A stretch of 64,000 bases of DNA, taken from positions 37,262,001 through 37,326,000 of the forward strand of contig NC_043013.1 in NCBI RefSeq assembly GCF_006345805.1. Reading direction: 5' to 3'. The translations under genes and the position numbers were made by a program. This document shows, piece by piece, positions 41,037 through 54,037 of this stretch. Source of the stretch: Octopus sinensis. Taxonomy: Eukaryota. The first letter of the stretch is position 1; every line of letters starts with the position of its first letter. The notes beneath the pieces are model-generated. The model worked only from the letters and a program-made list of their open reading frames with translations. It was not told the origin of the DNA and did not search any database.

Positions 41037-42013
41037 TAGGTATATATATATGTGTGTGTGTGTGTGTTTGTGTGTGTATGTGTGTGTGGTGGTGTGTGTG
41101 TGTGTGTGTGTGTGTTATCAATCTGCTGCTTCGCTCCAGTCTGCCCCCAATAAAACTTAAATTTCAGTGGGAATGGTCAAATTAACGAAGATAATTTTTG
41201 CTCTATGGGAAATACTGTCACGCTTGCTTTAAAATTTTTAGACACTTTGATAAAAAAAAAAGTAAAAAAATCTTTGCGTTCACCACGAGACGGTGGCAGC
41301 GATTTTGTTTCCCAAATATATATACGCAAACAGATATATTTCAAAGAACTGTAAAGCTGTTCAGACATTGATTTAACAACAGAGCCGAATTTAATTAGTC
41401 AATCCTGAAGAGTGGATCAGCTTACATATTTGTTTGTTTATATATATTCATATGTATTATATACGCATATAAACGCACACACACACTCTCACATATATAT
41501 ATATATATATATATCTGATGAGGTATCTAACTACCTATTTATGTATTTGTTTTTATTACTGCTCTACAGTAATTACTGGAATTGCAAGTATTTTGTCAGC
41601 TGTTTTCAATGTTTAAATCAACATAATATTTGTTATTTATGCAGTTCAAAAAGATTCATTCTATATACATGTATGTTTATCAGTATGGAACCTTGGTAAA
41701 ATTTTCACTAACATAACCCTGCTGGTTCCTGGCAAAAATCTTAAGATAATATTCTTATTTATGTTTTCGTATTTACAGGGTCGTGGTATAATTAATAATT
41801 TTCCTAAAAACATCCTGATCCTGATAATCTAAGTTTTCATGGCGTATTTATCAATATATAGTTGCAAACACATCCACACTTACACATGTATACCCATTAC
41901 TATATACACATACACATACAGAGAAACTTAAGTAGACCTGTTCACACGCGCAAATTTCCAACACAAAAACACGTTTGTATGTATGTATGTATGTAGTATG
42001 TATGTATGTGTGT

Positions 42014-42520
42014 GCCATTATTCAGTTTTATTTCAAGATTTCTTGCCAATAGAGAAAGAACCGGTTTCTAGCCCAGAACCAAGGCTCCTTCATTGAAATT
42101 TCAACATCAACAACTATATATTTCTGTCTGTATGTATGTATGCATTATGTAATTATATGTGGAGATTTGTATGTTTTGCTTTATAATATATTCTAATGCA
42201 TATATTTTCATATATAGACATGGTCATATGTATCTAAAAGAGAGATTTCTGGGAGATTTTATAGATTTTTACAGTTCCTGTGATGGATTGGATCTATAGT
42301 TTTTGAATTAGCTTTCTCCTTTCAGGTTTTGAGAAGCATAATTTCTGAAGATTGGTATTTAGGCATTGTGTTACGTATCCCAGGGCCCCAATAATTACAG
42401 GTATAAATGCTGAGTTCTGAATAGTTTATCGTAGGTAATCCCTTTTACACTAATCTTCAGCTTTATGTTAACATCCGCTGGGCAGCTAATTTCTACAAGA
42501 GTACACAGTTTCTGTTCCCT
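42014..42520 (-). mobile_element. 5'-truncated RLE-type non-LTR retrotransposon (second family)
   Basis: Minus strand EQKLCTLVEISCPADVNIKLKIS.. then FIPVIIGALGYVTQCLNTNLQKLCFSKPERRKLIQKL*IQSITGTVKIYK, an RLE C-terminus. The 3' UTR ends aactgaataatggc next to (ATAC)n. Confidence 0.88.
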
Positions 42521-42616
42521 ATGTGTGTATGTTTGTATGTATGTTTGTGTGTATATATGTGTGTATGCATGTATGTATGTGTGAATGTCTATGTATATGT
42601 ATAATCTGTGTGAATG

Positions 42617-42800
42617 CGCGTGGCTCAGTTGTTAGAGTGTCGGGCTCATAATCATGAAGAAGCCAGCTCGTTTTCCGGACCGAGTTGTGCGTTGTGTTCT
42701 TGAGCAATACACTTTATTTCATTTTGTTCTAGTTCAATCAGCAGGAGCAATACGTTGCGACGTCACTGGTGCCAAACTGTATTCGTCTTTGTCTTGAAGT
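42617..42800 (+). mobile_element. tRNA-derived SINE family D (CORE-like ttgagcaa.acactttatttca)
   Basis: gtggctcagttgttagagtgtcgggctc head; a weaker homolog lies at about 39415-39545. Confidence 0.7.
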
Positions 42801-43027
42801 GGCCCAAATCATAACATCATTTGTCAAAACTTTCTTCACCTCAACTATGTTAACACTTAATGATTACCGTCAAATATATGAGTCATTCGTCCGATGGAAA
42901 TTTCCTCATCCGTAGCAGCCAATGTCGTCCATCTGTAGCAATAAATAGTCATCATTTCGATAGTGGTGTTCATACCGATGATTTATGAAATTGAAGTTAT
43001 AATCCAGTCAAAAATTATAAATACAGT

Positions 43028-43212
43028 AGGCGTATGAGTGCCTATGCGGTAAGTAGCTTGCTTACCAACCGCATGGTTCCGGGTTCAGTCCTACTGCGTT
43101 GCACCTTGGACAAGTGTCTTCTGTCATAGCCTCCGGCCGACCGAAGCCTTGTGAGTGGATTTGGTAGACGGAAACTGAACGGAAGCACGTCGTATATATA
43201 TATATATATATA

Positions 43213-43245
<33 letters not shown>

Positions 43246-43577
43246 CGTGTGTGTGTGTGTATGGTTGTCTGTCTGTTTGTCCCTCAAGCATCGCTTGACA
43301 ACCGATGGTGGCGTGTTTAGGTTCCCGTAACTTAGCGTTTCCGCATGAGAACGCTAGAATAAGTACTAGGCTTACAGTTCTGGGGTCGATTTGCTCGACT
43401 AAAGGCGGTGCTCCAGCATGGCTGCGGTCAAATTTCCGTCTACCTAATCCACTCACAAACTTTTAGTCGGCCCGAGGCTATAAAAAAAGGCACTTGTCGA
43501 AGTTGCCACGCAGGGGGAATGAACACGGAACCATGTGGTTGGGAAGCAAGCTTCTTAGCACACAGCCACTGCTGCGC
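43028..43577. mobile_element. Full-length family A SINE (+, 43028-43433) abutting an inverted family A head (-, 43433-43577)
   Basis: Direct sequence comparison with the 54038 and 56063 copies. Confidence 0.9.
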
Positions 43578-43889
43578 TTGGCTGATGAAGGGGATTTTTC
43601 CTTGTCTAGTAGTCTTGTACTCTGTTTTTTCGTTGTTAAAGGAATGGTCCGTTCCATGCTGTTTTTACGTTTTTGTTTCTCGTTGAGTTCTACGTCTATT
43701 TGTGTTGTCCTGTACACACGTATATATATTTATATATGCATGTATATATACATGTAGATGTAGGTACGTACATATATGTTTGTATGTATGCATATATTTT
43801 ATTTATTACACTATTCTATGACTGAGCGCCTTCGCGTCGATTCGATTCGATTCGTTTCGTTTCGTTTCGTTTCTTTTTCTTCTTTAAGC

Positions 43890-43945
<56 letters not shown>

Positions 43946-44090
43946 TTTGTCTCCTCTTTTGAAGAAGTGCTGTACCCGAAACTACCTTTCGTTCCTTCCC
44001 TGATCGTGTGCTAATACTTCCCATGTACCGCGGCTTTGTGCTGTTGTTTTCATCTTGTGTTTGTGTGTGATTTTTGGGAGGGGGATTTAT

Positions 44091-44134
<44 letters not shown>

Positions 44135-44184
44135 TATCGCGTGATTACGTAATCAAACCAACCAAACAATAGACAACAACAGCA

Positions 44185-44340
44185 TGGATTTCTAGGGCTC
44201 GCAGGTCTTAAATATTCTTTAATGCCATTGAGGCCTGCATGACGAGGATGTAGATATGTTTAAATCAAAACTAGAACTCACCCTGTGAAGGGTTACAAAT
44301 GAACTCATCTCGCACATCGACCAAGTGTCACAATCTGATT
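44185..44340 (+). mobile_element. CR1/L2-group LINE ORF2 3' remnant
   Basis: GSQVLNIL*CH*GLHDEDVDMFKSKLELTL*RVTNE resembles GP-LFN-LP...FK-KLD-FL-VPDEP. Confidence 0.6.
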
Positions 44341-44350
44341 CATTCTAACA

Positions 44351-45101
44351 ATGAGGTATCAAAAAGACTCAGGACTTGTTTAATAAAGGATAACATATTC
44401 CACTTTTGGAATCTGGCCTGGAAGTAATAATTCGAGTCGAGGAAAATCAGCCATTCACTCTATCTCGAGAACATAGTTAAAATGGCAACATTAGGGCTGC
44501 ATTACCACTTTGGGGAAGAGGTGGAAATTTGCAGATGTTGTATCTGCTGAATAGAGCCATTGCGGAAGTGACGAGTTCTCGGTGACAGGGTAAATATTTG
44601 TTGTAAAGAATCCAATTCTTAGCGCTCCACTGATCCGGTCGCTTTCGTCGAATATCCTCCCTCAAACGCGTCAAACGCTTACAGTAAAGCTCTCGATTGA
44701 TAGTCTGTCGTGGGCGGATGAAGTCACGATGAACATTGGAGAGGTTGACGCTCGTGTAAGATCGCACATCGCTTTTCAGGGACATTTTTCCGAGTTTGAA
44801 GCTCCCATGACACTGGAAATATTGCGTCCGATCCATTGCCGTAAGCTTGCCAAATTGTCACTGTATCATACATTTCAAGTTTAATAGATAATTGTTCTTG
44901 TTCATGAGAAAATCACAGACTATAGCATGTACCATTATCACAATATCTGAAAGTTCATAACTAGCGAAGTTAACACAGTGATGTTACTCGGCACGTTGCC
45001 ATAACAATGTTACTGCTACCTCTTACTGGGTACCCAATCGTGTGCTGCCGTCTGTTGCTGCTTGATAGAACTAGTCCTGCAACATTTTGACACCACTTCG
45101 A
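44351..45101 (-). mobile_element. Internally deleted mariner element
   Basis: ORF 44477-44836 joins AMDRTQYFQCHGSFKLGKMSLKSDVRS (HTH region) to VHRDFIRPRQTINRELYCKRLTRLREDIRRKRPDQWSAKNWILY (catalytic region). Degenerate TIRs at 44351-44376 and 45073-45101. Confidence 0.85.
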
Positions 45102-45199
45102 AACAGAAGTGGTTTCAAATCATAAAAGTGAAGCAAAACTAAGTGCAGTGCTGGGGCATCACTCCAGCCCAGGAGCTGAAAATATTAAGAGACCTTACG

Positions 45200-45201
45200 T
45201 A

Positions 45202-45250
<49 letters not shown>

Positions 45251-45350
45251 GCTTATCTTTCTCTTTTTCTCTACCTGTCTATCTATCTATTCATCTTCCT
45301 CCACCCCCACTCTCTCTCACTCTCTCTCTCTCTATATATATATTAACTGT

Positions 45351-45398
<48 letters not shown>

Positions 45399-45420
45399 AT
45401 CTCTATCTTCTATCTATATA

Positions 45421-45486
<66 letters not shown>

Positions 45487-45499
45487 TATGTATATGTTC

Positions 45500-45549
<50 letters not shown>

Positions 45550-45555
45550 GTGTGT
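45200..45555. repeat. Compound (TCTA)n/(TC)n/(TA)n/(TG)n array
   Basis: Seen directly. Confidence 0.95.
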
Positions 45556-46455
45556 GTATTTGTCACGGATAGTCATAGAGGAATATAGAGGAAAATGAGA
45601 TCTATGTAAACTGAGCATATGTTGGAGAAAGAAAGATAAAGTAACATAAAGAGAGAAACCGAAAGAGGAAAATAATGTGTGTGTAAGAGAGAGGTGTAAG
45701 AGAGAGAGAGAGAGAGGGAGAGAGAGAGAGTAAGAGAGGGGGAATCCGAAAAAAGAGGAAAGTATGGAGAATACATAGGAAGGAGAACCATTAAATCTGG
45801 AATACTTCTAGTACGGCATGATGAAACCGTTTAACAGCTTTTGAATCATTTCGATGGTATATTATAATATAATTAATTAAGTTGCCTAATGTATGAACAC
45901 AATATTGTGTAAGTCGCACAACATGACATTGATTGTAATGATGTTGTTCCTGTCGCTGCTACTGCTACTCTTCCTGCTCCTGCTGACGATGGTGATGATT
46001 GTGATGATAATGATGTATAGTCGCAAAAAACAAAAACAACAACAACAACAACAACAACAACGACATCACCGCAAACAAACATAAAACGCAACTAAGAATA
46101 TAATACACTCATTACGTCTCCAAATTCACATTAGTCATAATTGAGTGTGTGTGTGTGTGTATATGTGTGTGTTTGTGTAATGATATGGAATTCTGTGCGT
46201 ATGTGTTTGGGTGTATATGCGTGTGTGTGTGTGTGCATGGATATGTTTATACGTGACTCTGTGGTGGGTAGAGTGTGGTGGTGGTGGTGGGTGAGTGCTT
46301 GTAACGATTAATCTATTCATGTTTATAAATAAAATATAAAGGAAAAGCATCAAGGCCCACATTAGTACCATGAAAATTTCTCTCAGCATCTTATTACTAC
46401 TACGTCTCATATATATATACATACATATATATATATATATATAATATATATATCT

Positions 46456-46486
<31 letters not shown>

Positions 46487-46519
46487 GTATATATATGTGT
46501 GTGTGTGTGTGTATGATAT

Positions 46520-46560
<41 letters not shown>

Positions 46561-47867
46561 GTGTGTGTGTGTGTGTGTGTTATATATAATTATATATATA
46601 TATATATATATAATATATGAACATATGTCTGCATATACAATTACACACATGCAGCTTACTTATTCATACCTCATAGATTCACATTTAAAACACGCTCACA
46701 CACACACACATGTACGTGCACACGTAGACAGGAATGCGCGTACACCTACACATTGAGTAAGTGGTGGTGGTGGTGGTGGTGGGGCGGGGGTGGAGAAATA
46801 GAATACAAAAATAGCTAGCTTGCTATGTTGAGAGTTCTTATTAACTCGTCAGTCTCATATTCTCGCCGGAAGTAAGCAGACACACGTAGGCATAAGTTAA
46901 AAATACAAACGTTAAATTAGAGCCATTACGCGGGAAGTTTTAATGACAATTGATCGATGCAGCCATTTTGTTTTACATCGGTTTATCGTTGTTTTCTCTT
47001 TGTTTTGGTTTCCATGTTCGGTTGAATTTCTCTTTTATTTATTAGTTAAAGTTAGTGTGTTTTTCTTTCTAATTTTATTTTGGAAAATTTGTTTATATAT
47101 TTGTCATTGAATTAACATGTTTGCTTTTAATTTTTAAAAATTTGTTTTAAATTATATTAATTATTTGTTGGTTTTTGGTTTCCTTTTGCGTTTTTCTTCT
47201 TCCTTACTATGTTTGCACTTCCTCTTGCTCTTTCATTTTATTCGTATTTTAAAACAATTACGCTTATACTTATTATTTACTCATTTCCTATATTATTCTA
47301 TAGATACTGATCATCTCCTTTGTTTCTTCCTATCTTTCTTCCTATCGTTCGTTCTTTCTTTCTTTCCTTCCTTCTTTCTCTTTTCTATTTATTCATTCTT
47401 CGGGTTGAACGTGCCTAATTTTTTAATCCATAATTCCTATTTATAATTCATTTCCTCAGTTTTCTTACATTTATTTAAATACATTTTTTCTCCCTGTTCT
47501 CTCTCTCTCGATATATATATATGTATACACACACAGATACATATATATATGTATGTATTTCAATCGTGTATGTATATATGTATGTACGCATGTGTGTATG
47601 TATATATGTATGTATATTAATGCCTGTGTCTGTTACGAGTGTGTATGTATTTAGGAGCCCCATTATGGCCGCAACACCTTAGTGAGACCGATTATAGACT
47701 AATTGAGTGGTATATAACATTTGCTTCTATTTATCTTTGTATCTATATAATTATCAATAAACAGTCCCCTTTCTTTTAAATCTTTACCTTCATCATGTGA
47801 TCCTTGTATTCATTATTCTTATCCTCCTCATTCATATACCTCGTTGTCCTAATCCGTCGTAATGTTC

Positions 47868-47949
<82 letters not shown>

Positions 47950-49332
47950 GTCCTTATACGTCGTTACATACACCTGGTTGCCCTAATACATCATTATATA
48001 CTTGTCTTTTCCTTTTATGCTTTTTTTTGTTTTTTGTATATATTTAATATTTTCCTTTCCTTCATTGTCTGTATATTACTTCCTTTTCGTCTTTTTAATC
48101 GCATTTTGTCTCCATTTCTTCCTTCAAGCTCTTTCATTACTAGTTTCTTTCTTCCGACACTATTCCTAATTTAAAGAACTCCTTCAAAATTTTCTTCACT
48201 GTCCATCTTTAACTTTCATTCCGTTCTTTTCATATATACTCCTTCTAAAATTTTATTTTCGCTTTCTTTTTCCTTCTGTTTCGATAATTTTTCTTTCTCA
48301 CGCATCACTTTTCTTTCTTTTTCTATCTATTTATACTTTCATTCCTTCTTTGTTTTCTTCTGTTTAATTATTTATTACATATTTTTTTCTTGTTTTCCTC
48401 CGTTGAAACGTAAATATTTAGCATAAGGATATTAAATTTCATCTTCATTTGTAGTTATTTGTTATTTCTAGTAATTAATCGATTTCTGCAAACGATATTG
48501 CCTTCTGCTTTGGATCATGTGTTTTTTGTTCCTTTTTATTACCTATATTTATTCCTTTACGATGTTCAAGAATTATCTCAGGTTTTGGTTTATTTTCAGC
48601 TTGCCAGCTACAACCTATAAACAAATACTACACGATAACATACAACCAGGTACATGAGAAGCAAAACACGTAAATACGTAAATGAGTAAATTAATCGATC
48701 ATCAAATGAACACATTCAAATATAACATTAACAAACATGAAAAAAAAATATCAAAAACAAATTAACAACAAAATAAATAGATAAATCAGAAAATAAATAA
48801 TGAAACGCAGCACTTAGATATCACTTGATGCTGTAAATACAATCAAACATGTCAGATGTGTAAAACGATCCTGCATATCGACGTGTTAAATTGTAAACCG
48901 CCTCGCTCTTTACCTCCCTAACGTTTTGCTGTCGTAGTTTTGTTTTATTAAGTTTTACTTTGTTTCCTTAGTTTCCGCACCACCAACACCCCTACCTCCA
49001 TCACCACCTTCACCACACCTTTCTGAACCCCTGCAATCTTAATATTCTTTTCTCCCATTTAAAACTCTGGCATCTCTCATATCTTTCATATCTTTCCCTG
49101 CATTGCAAGTCTAATGCGTTTAACACCTCACCTTATTTCTAAATTCTCAATCTCTCGTTTCCTATTGCTACCTCTCTGTCTGTCTGTCTATTTGCCAGTT
49201 ATTCTCTATTATGCTTTTTTCCCCCTTTCAGTCTAATCTAAACTGTCCCTGTTTCAGTTATCAATATAATTACCTGCCTAACTAAACAGCCTATCTAATT
49301 TTATAACGATAAACCTCGCCCTTTTCAAGACT

Positions 49333-49485
49333 AGCCAGCCTTATGGGCCCGGTTTCCCGGTTTCTGTGGCGTATGTGTTCCCCCCAGCTTGTGGAGCTTT
49401 TAGGTTTTTTGCTCCATAAACACACACAACGCCCGGTCTGGGAATCGAAACTGCGATCCTCCGACCGCGAGTCCGCTGCCCTAAC
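49333..49485 (-). mobile_element. SINE family B head joined to a different downstream sequence
   Basis: cacaacgcccggtctgggaatcgaaactgcgatcctccgaccgcgagtccgctgccctaac; diverges from the other copies beyond gtggagcttttagg. Confidence 0.75.
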
Positions 49486-50235
49486 ATCGATTATATCAAC
49501 AGATAATGCTTCATTTATTTCTAGGAGTTTGTTTACTTTAGACTACACTAACCGATGTTTTCATTCTTAAAACGATCTGGTATCGGACAAGGATTCTGGA
49601 TTATTTCTCCATTTTGTTTTACTTAATCTTTGAGAGCGCTTGGGTTCATTTTTAGTATTCTAGTTTGTGAGAGCAGTAGAGTTTATTTCAAATATTCTCA
49701 TTTTAAAAATCCTCTCTGGCTAATCGTTGAGGGTCCATGATGTTGGCTTGGCGGAGGTTTGCGCTTTCTGAATGCTCTTGTAAAGCTTATTTTTCTGAAT
49801 TTCTGATGGAGTTGTGATTTGACATTCAGATAGTATAACAATGCCTAGATACGGGACACTCATCTACTGTGGTAGATGCACCATACCCGCGACAGATAAC
49901 TCTTAATCGTATGGGCTACACATTGATAGAATTACTGTAGTGTTCTATAAAAAGCTTAGCCAGCTGTTGGTCTTTCTTCCCAGGCTGCCGTCACCATTGA
50001 AAGCATGAATGAGATTTGCATTTTATAGTTACAGGGACGCGTTAGTCAGTATGCTCATCCCATTTGAAGGCATTAGTGTATGACTTTAAAAGAATGCGAT
50101 TACAATTTCTAGCATATCGAGTGACCTCACAGACACAAAGATACACACATATAAATCCATCCATCCATCCATCCATCCATCCCTCCCTCTATCCATATAT
50201 ATATATATATTATATATATATATATATATTATACT

Positions 50236-50399
50236 ACGGGCTTCTTTCAGTTTCCATCTACCAAATTCTCTCGCAAGGCTTTTGTCAGTACGAGGATGTA
50301 GCTAATGACACTTGCCCAAGGCTCTATGCAGTGGGACTGAAACCGGAACCATGTGGTTGGGAAGCAGCCTTCTTATCATACATGTACGCCTGCTCCTAT
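50236..50399 (-). mobile_element. SINE family A head
   Basis: Reverse complement of the head; ends at (TA)n. Confidence 0.8.
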
Positions 50400-50441
50400 T
50401 TACACACCCACGCCTCTCTCTCTCTCTCTCTCTCTCTCTCA

Positions 50442-50494
<53 letters not shown>

Positions 50495-50689
50495 ACTTAT
50501 TCACACACACATGAGTTTAGGCTCCAATGATCTCTCAAACGGTGACGCGTAATGTTGATAGTGACAGTGGTGGTAGATGTGGAGGTGACAGCGATAATGA
50601 TGATGCTGTTGAAGATTACGATGACAATGAGCTGAGGACGATGACAAGAACTCTTATGGTGATGGATACGGAGATACTTTTCGTTTCTT

Positions 50690-50822
50690 TTCTACTCTAG
50701 GCACAAGGCCCGAAATTTTGTGGGAGGAGCTCAGTCGATTAGATCCAGCACCCAACTGGTACTTAAGTTATCGACACTGAAAGGATGAAAGGCCAAAGTC
50801 GACCTCGGCTGAATTTGATGGA
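50690..50822 (-). mobile_element. SINE family C fragment
   Basis: ggcacaaggcccgaaattttg...gaaaggatgaaaggccaaagtcgacctcggctgaatttga. Confidence 0.8.
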
Positions 50823-50920
50823 GGGGTACGGAGATACTGCAGCTATTCCTGACGATGGTAGTGATAATGCTGATGATGACGATGACTTCTATTATGTTGA
50901 TGGTGATGGTGATGATGATA

Positions 50921-50975
<55 letters not shown>

Positions 50976-51584
50976 GCGGCTGTGGTATTGATAATGATTG
51001 TAACAATGATGTTGGCGGTGGCGACGATGGCTATCATCATCATGAATATAAAATTCCTCTGCGTCCTCCTCAAACATAGATCCCATCGTCGCTTTCGTCG
51101 CCATCTTCTGCGTGGCGTCATCGTCGTCAGTGTCATCATTTGTCATCGTCGCTGTCATCTTCTTTGTCGTCGCACTCATATTTCTTTAAACGGTGTTGTT
51201 TCTTTTTAAAGAGACTGCACTTTCTTTCTTTCTTTACTGCAATAGTTATTGTTGGTGTTGTTGTTGTTGTTGTTGCTGGCAAAGATGTCGGTAACGAGGC
51301 AGCAGACGCTTCAATACATCACTTTATTGCACTATTAGCCTGTTAAAATTCCAATACCATAATAGGTCTCTTACGTTGTTAATGTTTCTTCTGGTGTTGT
51401 ATTTGATTTTTGTTGTTGTTGTTGCTGTTGTCATTGCAGCTTGGGGTTGTGATGTCATACTTGTTATTGTTTTTACCTTCATTTGCCTGCATTACTGTAT
51501 GTATATCCATATGTATGTGCATCCATATTACTATATGTGATTCCATATTACGTATCATTGCCTGCGTCTTAATTGTAGCCGTAG

Positions 51585-51596
51585 AAATTATTATTA

Positions 51597-51664
<68 letters not shown>

Positions 51665-51755
51665 GTTATTATTATTATTATTACTATTATTATTATTACT
51701 ATTGTTATTATTATTATCATTATTATTATTTATTATTTTATTATTATTATTATTA

Positions 51756-51795
<40 letters not shown>

Positions 51796-51809
51796 TACTA
51801 CTACTACTA

Positions 51810-51840
<31 letters not shown>

Positions 51841-51891
51841 TTATTACTACTATTATTGATATTATCATCATCATCATCATCATTATTATTA

Positions 51892-51927
<36 letters not shown>

Positions 51928-51965
51928 CAATAATAGTAATAACACCAACAACATCATCAACAACA
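51585..51965. repeat. (ATT)n/(ACT)n/(ATC)n compound array
   Basis: Seen directly. Confidence 0.95.
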
Positions 51966-52587
51966 AGAATAATAATAGCATCTCTATTTAAATATAAAAT
52001 TGAATCTTAAATTTGCATTTATTTATATCAACCTTATTACTATTACAACGCTCTTCTTGACGTTTTTCTTATTGTTGCCATAAATGTTGTTGTTGTTAAT
52101 AATACTGTTTTTCTGTTTGTTTTTTTTTTTTTTGTACTATGTATCTATTTTTCGTTGTTGATTTTATAAATATAACCCTTCATCTCCAATTAAAGTTGAA
52201 AACATTCTCAGAAATTAGTCATAAATCTTAAATTGGCCACCATAAACAAGTAATTGAGAATGAGATGATGGAGTCATTCTACACTTGGCAAGCGATTGGT
52301 GATGTACACACAGCGAGGTGAACATGGAAATGTATGGGAACGTATGCATGTGTGTATATTAGAAAGCCGTATGGAGAAACTTTACACTGGTGCTTATGTG
52401 TAAGTAAACATTAAATGCATGTGTGTGTATGTATATATAGATGTATATATATATATATATGATTTGCCTAATAGTGGTTTTGTCTCTAATTTATAAATAT
52501 ATTATTTATATATGAACATAAATATGTATATATATATATCTGTTTTTATACATTTAGACATACATACAGACACACATACATATATGT

Positions 52588-52642
<55 letters not shown>

Positions 52643-52944
52643 ATACATGTGTGTGTGTTTATAAAAGAGGCTACATGCATACATTCTGATGTACACACTC
52701 ACAAACACACATGGGAATAGGAAATATATGCAGTGTTTTGATTAAATTTGATGATGTGCCCTTAGGTTCGCGAATAAGGGTCTGTATTGCAATATATTTT
52801 AATGATATATTGATAGAAGTAGTATTTGATGAGCCAATAAGTAGGCTACTGGGCTGGCATTCGAAGGTAAGTTACATAAGTTCGTTCCTTGCAAGAGCCG
52901 TGTTATCGACTTTGTGGACAAAACTTATCGGTCACGTTTCCAAG

Positions 52945-53093
52945 GAGTAAAAAGCTTGCTTCCCAACCACTTGGTTCCAGGTTCAGACCCATTACGTGAC
53001 ACCTTTCGTGCGTGTCGTCCATTACAGGTTCGTGTTGATCAAAGCTTTATAAATGGATTTAGTCGTGAGGGAACTGAAGGAAACACGGCGTAC
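52945..53093 (+). mobile_element. SINE family A head, diverged
   Basis: agcttgcttcccaaccacttggttccaggttcagaccc...ggaactgaaggaaacacggcg. Confidence 0.7.
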
Positions 53094-53118
53094 ATACATG
53101 CATACACACATATATGTA

Positions 53119-53191
<73 letters not shown>

Positions 53192-53458
53192 TATATATAT
53201 ATATATATAATATATATATATACATTTAACATTTTAACATTTAACATTAAAAAATAAAATAAAATAAATATGTTCTCTAATAGGCAGCATTAACTGCAGT
53301 AAATTATTTACTGCAGATTTTGTTTCCGGAACTTTAGCGCGCCAGAACTAAGTCATTTGAAAATAAAACCCCAATGTAATCGGTAAAACTAAGCACGTGT
53401 CTATATTTATACGGAAAACTGGTGGTTAGTTTTACAAATTACATTACCTGTGGAACGA

Positions 53459-53533
53459 TCGCACTGACGAGTCTACAGACAAGGGATTACATAAGTGATT
53501 CATACGTTAATAGGCGAAACCGCCGGTCTGTGA
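53459..53533 (+). ncRNA. Type I hammerhead ribozyme, complete core, long helix II insert
   Basis: Helix I TCGCA/TGTGA (5 bp); CTGACGA (53464-70); helix II GTCTA/TAGGC enclosing a 7-bp hairpin GGATTAC[ATAA]GTGATTC; GAAA (53516-19); helix III ACC[GCC]GGT; C17 at 53528. Confidence 0.78.
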
Positions 53534-53719
53534 GTAATTCTGTTTTTTTTATATAATTTTCATCTGTCTTGCCCGCATATTGTTCTGGTGTCCGATGAAT
53601 TTTCCTCTAGAGAACATTCTTTTCTTTGTAGCTTGATCGTAGGTGATCTACTTCTAGCATACGGCTGACCACTAGTGGTTTTTTAGCCCTTTAAATATAC
53701 ACATGTATATTATAATATA

Positions 53720-53773
<54 letters not shown>

Positions 53774-54037
53774 ATATAATATATACATAATATATATTTG
53801 TGTCTGTAAACGTGTGTTTATGTGTGAACCGTTGTTAATAAGTTTACGTCCCCGGATTTTAGAGGTTCGGCATAAGTAAACAATAAATTAAGTACCAGGC
53901 AGAAAAAAATCATCAGTACGGGTGTCAGTTCGACCGACTAAAATTTCTTTAACGCCGTACCCGTTCATGGCTGCAGTCCATTGATTGAGAGAAGCAAATA
54001 ATAAAAGAGAAGACACTTATGCACAATGCATTCGCAT

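Noticed and set aside
41515-41545. CTGATGA-GGTA[TCTAAC]TACC hairpin
   Set aside because: Not followed by GAAA; incomplete core.
42810-42980. Weak mariner N-terminal similarity on the minus strand
   Set aside because: Too degenerate to support.
43580-43610. CTGATGAAGGG motif, also at about 59504
   Set aside because: Probably a shared repeat, but no GAAA follows and a type II permutation does not pair.
47030-48560. Long T/C-rich strand-skewed tract
   Set aside because: Consistent with decayed pyrimidine microsatellites; no specific structure seen.
50560-51360. Asp/His/Met-rich ORFs
   Set aside because: Degenerate (GAT)n/(GTC)n low-complexity sequence interrupted by a SINE; no splice or domain support.
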